Shown here piece after piece: positions 62,250-64,000 of a stretch of DNA of 64,000 nt (position 1 is its first letter; each line of letters opens with the position of its first letter). The notes beneath the pieces are model-generated. The model was not told the DNA's origin and searched no databases. It was given only the letters and a program-made list of their open reading frames with translations. Where the stretch lies: contig NC_045697.1 of assembly GCF_009834535.1 (NCBI RefSeq), positions 14,324,001 to 14,388,000 of the forward strand. The letters run 5' to 3'. The position numbers were made by a program, and so were the translations under genes. Source of the stretch: Camelus ferus (Eukaryota).

Positions 62250-62760
62250 CAGTTTGGTGTAGTAGAAAGAACCTTGACTTGAGAGGCAGAAGACAAGGTC
62301 TGAAGGCAAAGAAGGCAGAGATTTCATTATTTCATTGGCTATTTCACTGATTATTTGACTTTGGTACAACCAACCATCACCTAGGTCAAGTCTTCAGTGT
62401 TTGTCTCTGCAAAATTTGGAGAAAGTGGGATTAATTGTTCTCAAAGGTGTATTGACAGAGCTCTGACTATATAATTTACCTTCACCACAAAATCCAAAGT
62501 GTCGACATGGGACATTTTTGTTTGCATTGGACCTTTTGGGTAGAAGGGCTCAGGAACTCAGTGTCAGTACCTACCACGTTAACACCTCCATTACACATGC
62601 TTTCTTTTAGACCTCTCCCCAATATTGTGAGCAGATAACATTATCCCCATTGACAAATAAGAAAGATGAAGTTCGGGGAAGTAAATTACCCAGTAAGTGT
62701 CACAGCTGGGATTGGAATCCAGGATGAGATGGCTCTCAGTCCTTCACCTATGCACTGAAA
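62250..62760. mobile_element. MIR3/MIRc (+, about 62250-62470) and MIR (-, about 62560-62760) fragments
   Basis: ggtgtagtagaaagaaccttgacttgagaggcagaagac; cattatccccattgacaaataagaaagatgaagttcgggga...gctgggattggaatccagg. Confidence 0.6.
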
Positions 62761-64000
62761 CACACATCCTCCCTCCATCTCCAGTATAGTGATGCTCAGA
62801 AGAGGGCAGTGCAGGACGCTGCCTGAGAGGCCACACTTCAACACCACCTTCATCCAACTCTAGCAGAGCGCGCTATGATCAGCTGAAGAATATTCTACTC
62901 ACATAAAACTCTAATTAATTAGGAAAATCTGGCAATGAACTGCATGCTCCCATTCTGTTTTCAATAAATGTAATCTATCTAATAAATCAGTAGCACTTAT
63001 TCGTGGTAATACAAAGTGTGATCAGTAACAGGCTTGCCTTCCATTAAGGAAGTAATATGGGGCTTCACGTGGCACTCCAGGAGAAACCATGTCGGCATTA
63101 TTAGCATTCGCTTCACTGCACAGATTACATGCTGCCTTGATTCCGCTGCTGACAAGCAGTAAATTGCTCAGTTATGTATGGTGGATTAAAATGTGTTTAA
63201 TCTACTATTAGTTCCATGAAAAACTGTATTGCTCACCCTACTTCTCATCACCATGGGCAACAATAGGGGGACCTAAAATAATTACAGACCACAAGCTGTA
63301 AGAGTGAACCACAAAGAGACTAATCACATCTTTTCCTGCAATTTGTTTATTTCAAATAATGTTTAGTGAGTTTTTTTTTCCCCATGAAGAGCTCTGTATT
63401 GGACCACATTTTTGGTAAAATGACCCAAAATGGTTTTTAACTGTAGGAGCTAGTGCTGTTTACTTTCTTGGTGACAGGGCACTAAATTACTGCCTGGAAT
63501 GTTTTATGTTCTTCCTTTCTCTAGATATTTCAACAAATATTCTTTATGATCACTGTTTTGGGACAAGAAAGGGCCTACTCTTTAGAAAGCTATGGAAAAC
63601 TAAATACCTAGATAACTGCAGAAAGTTGAAGTGATATAACCAGGAACTATGCTGAGAGGTCCTAAAAAAAAAAAAACCAAAATAGGAGAAAGCGTCATTG
63701 CCCATTTATGCAAAGCTACTGTGAAAAAAATTGCTGAATACTTTGCGTCTGAGAAGTTAAGAACTAAATGTGATGCCAAAAAGCAGTACCTCTTTTGGCC
63801 GATATTTTTGAAAAAATAAGTTTTCTCTTTTCCTTAACGTGGAACCTATAATATATATTATATTGGTCATATTATACATATTATACATTTGCATAAGAAA
63901 CATGTATATTCCTTCAGAATTTTGTGAAGACTAATAGGTGATACATTAAAAATGAAAATAGAAATTTGTTTGCACATAGGCTTACCCCTACAGGGGTTTA

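Larger units (their letters stand above)
11574..64000 (-). other. KCNIP4: Part of the large upstream KCNIP4 intron; the preceding exon (...ELQILYRGFKN) is not in the window
   Basis: I saw no sequence encoding the preceding KChIP4 exon in 11574-64000. The region is repeats and non-coding DNA. Confidence 0.8.

Noticed and set aside
63975..64000. ctacaggggttta resembling codons for KChIP 'YRGF', plus a minus-strand donor-like cttacc
   Set aside because: The YRGF-like match is on the wrong strand, and the minus-strand sequence does not encode the expected exon end. Coincidence.
1..64000. CRISPR arrays, operons or other prokaryote-type systems
   Set aside because: This is mammalian intronic DNA, with no regularly spaced repeat-spacer array and no long intact ORF.

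Overview
Mammalian genomic DNA, very probably camelid: it carries a Vic-1-type tRNA-derived SINE at 49173 and a young artiodactyl/camelid-type L1 3' end at about 59000. The window lies inside KCNIP4 (KChIP4, a neuronal-calcium-sensor family Kv4 channel subunit), transcribed on the minus strand. Two short coding exons, which the ORF track does not report in the right frame, are present. They are 11504-11573 (70 nt, [23 protein letters not shown]) and 4245-4315 (71 nt, [24 protein letters not shown]), both with AG acceptors and GTAAGT donors. The rest is intron, dense in decayed L1, L2, MIR, MaLR/ERVL/ERV1 LTRs and Tigger/hAT MITEs, with a few repeat-free, motif-rich stretches that may be enhancers. 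I found no convincing novel gene or system. The most unusual structure is a scrambled old L1MC-type element (29796-31816) carrying perfect 62-bp and 31-bp inverted duplications, which points to a recent multi-step template-switch rearrangement or an assembly artefact. Other observations are an inverted MER21 pair bracketing the in-frame 141-nt exon pair, a tail-only TSD-flanked retro-insertion, an orphan internal L1 fragment, and two small hairpins. Repeat family names come from my recall of consensus sequences, not from a search. Boundaries of old repeats are approximate.
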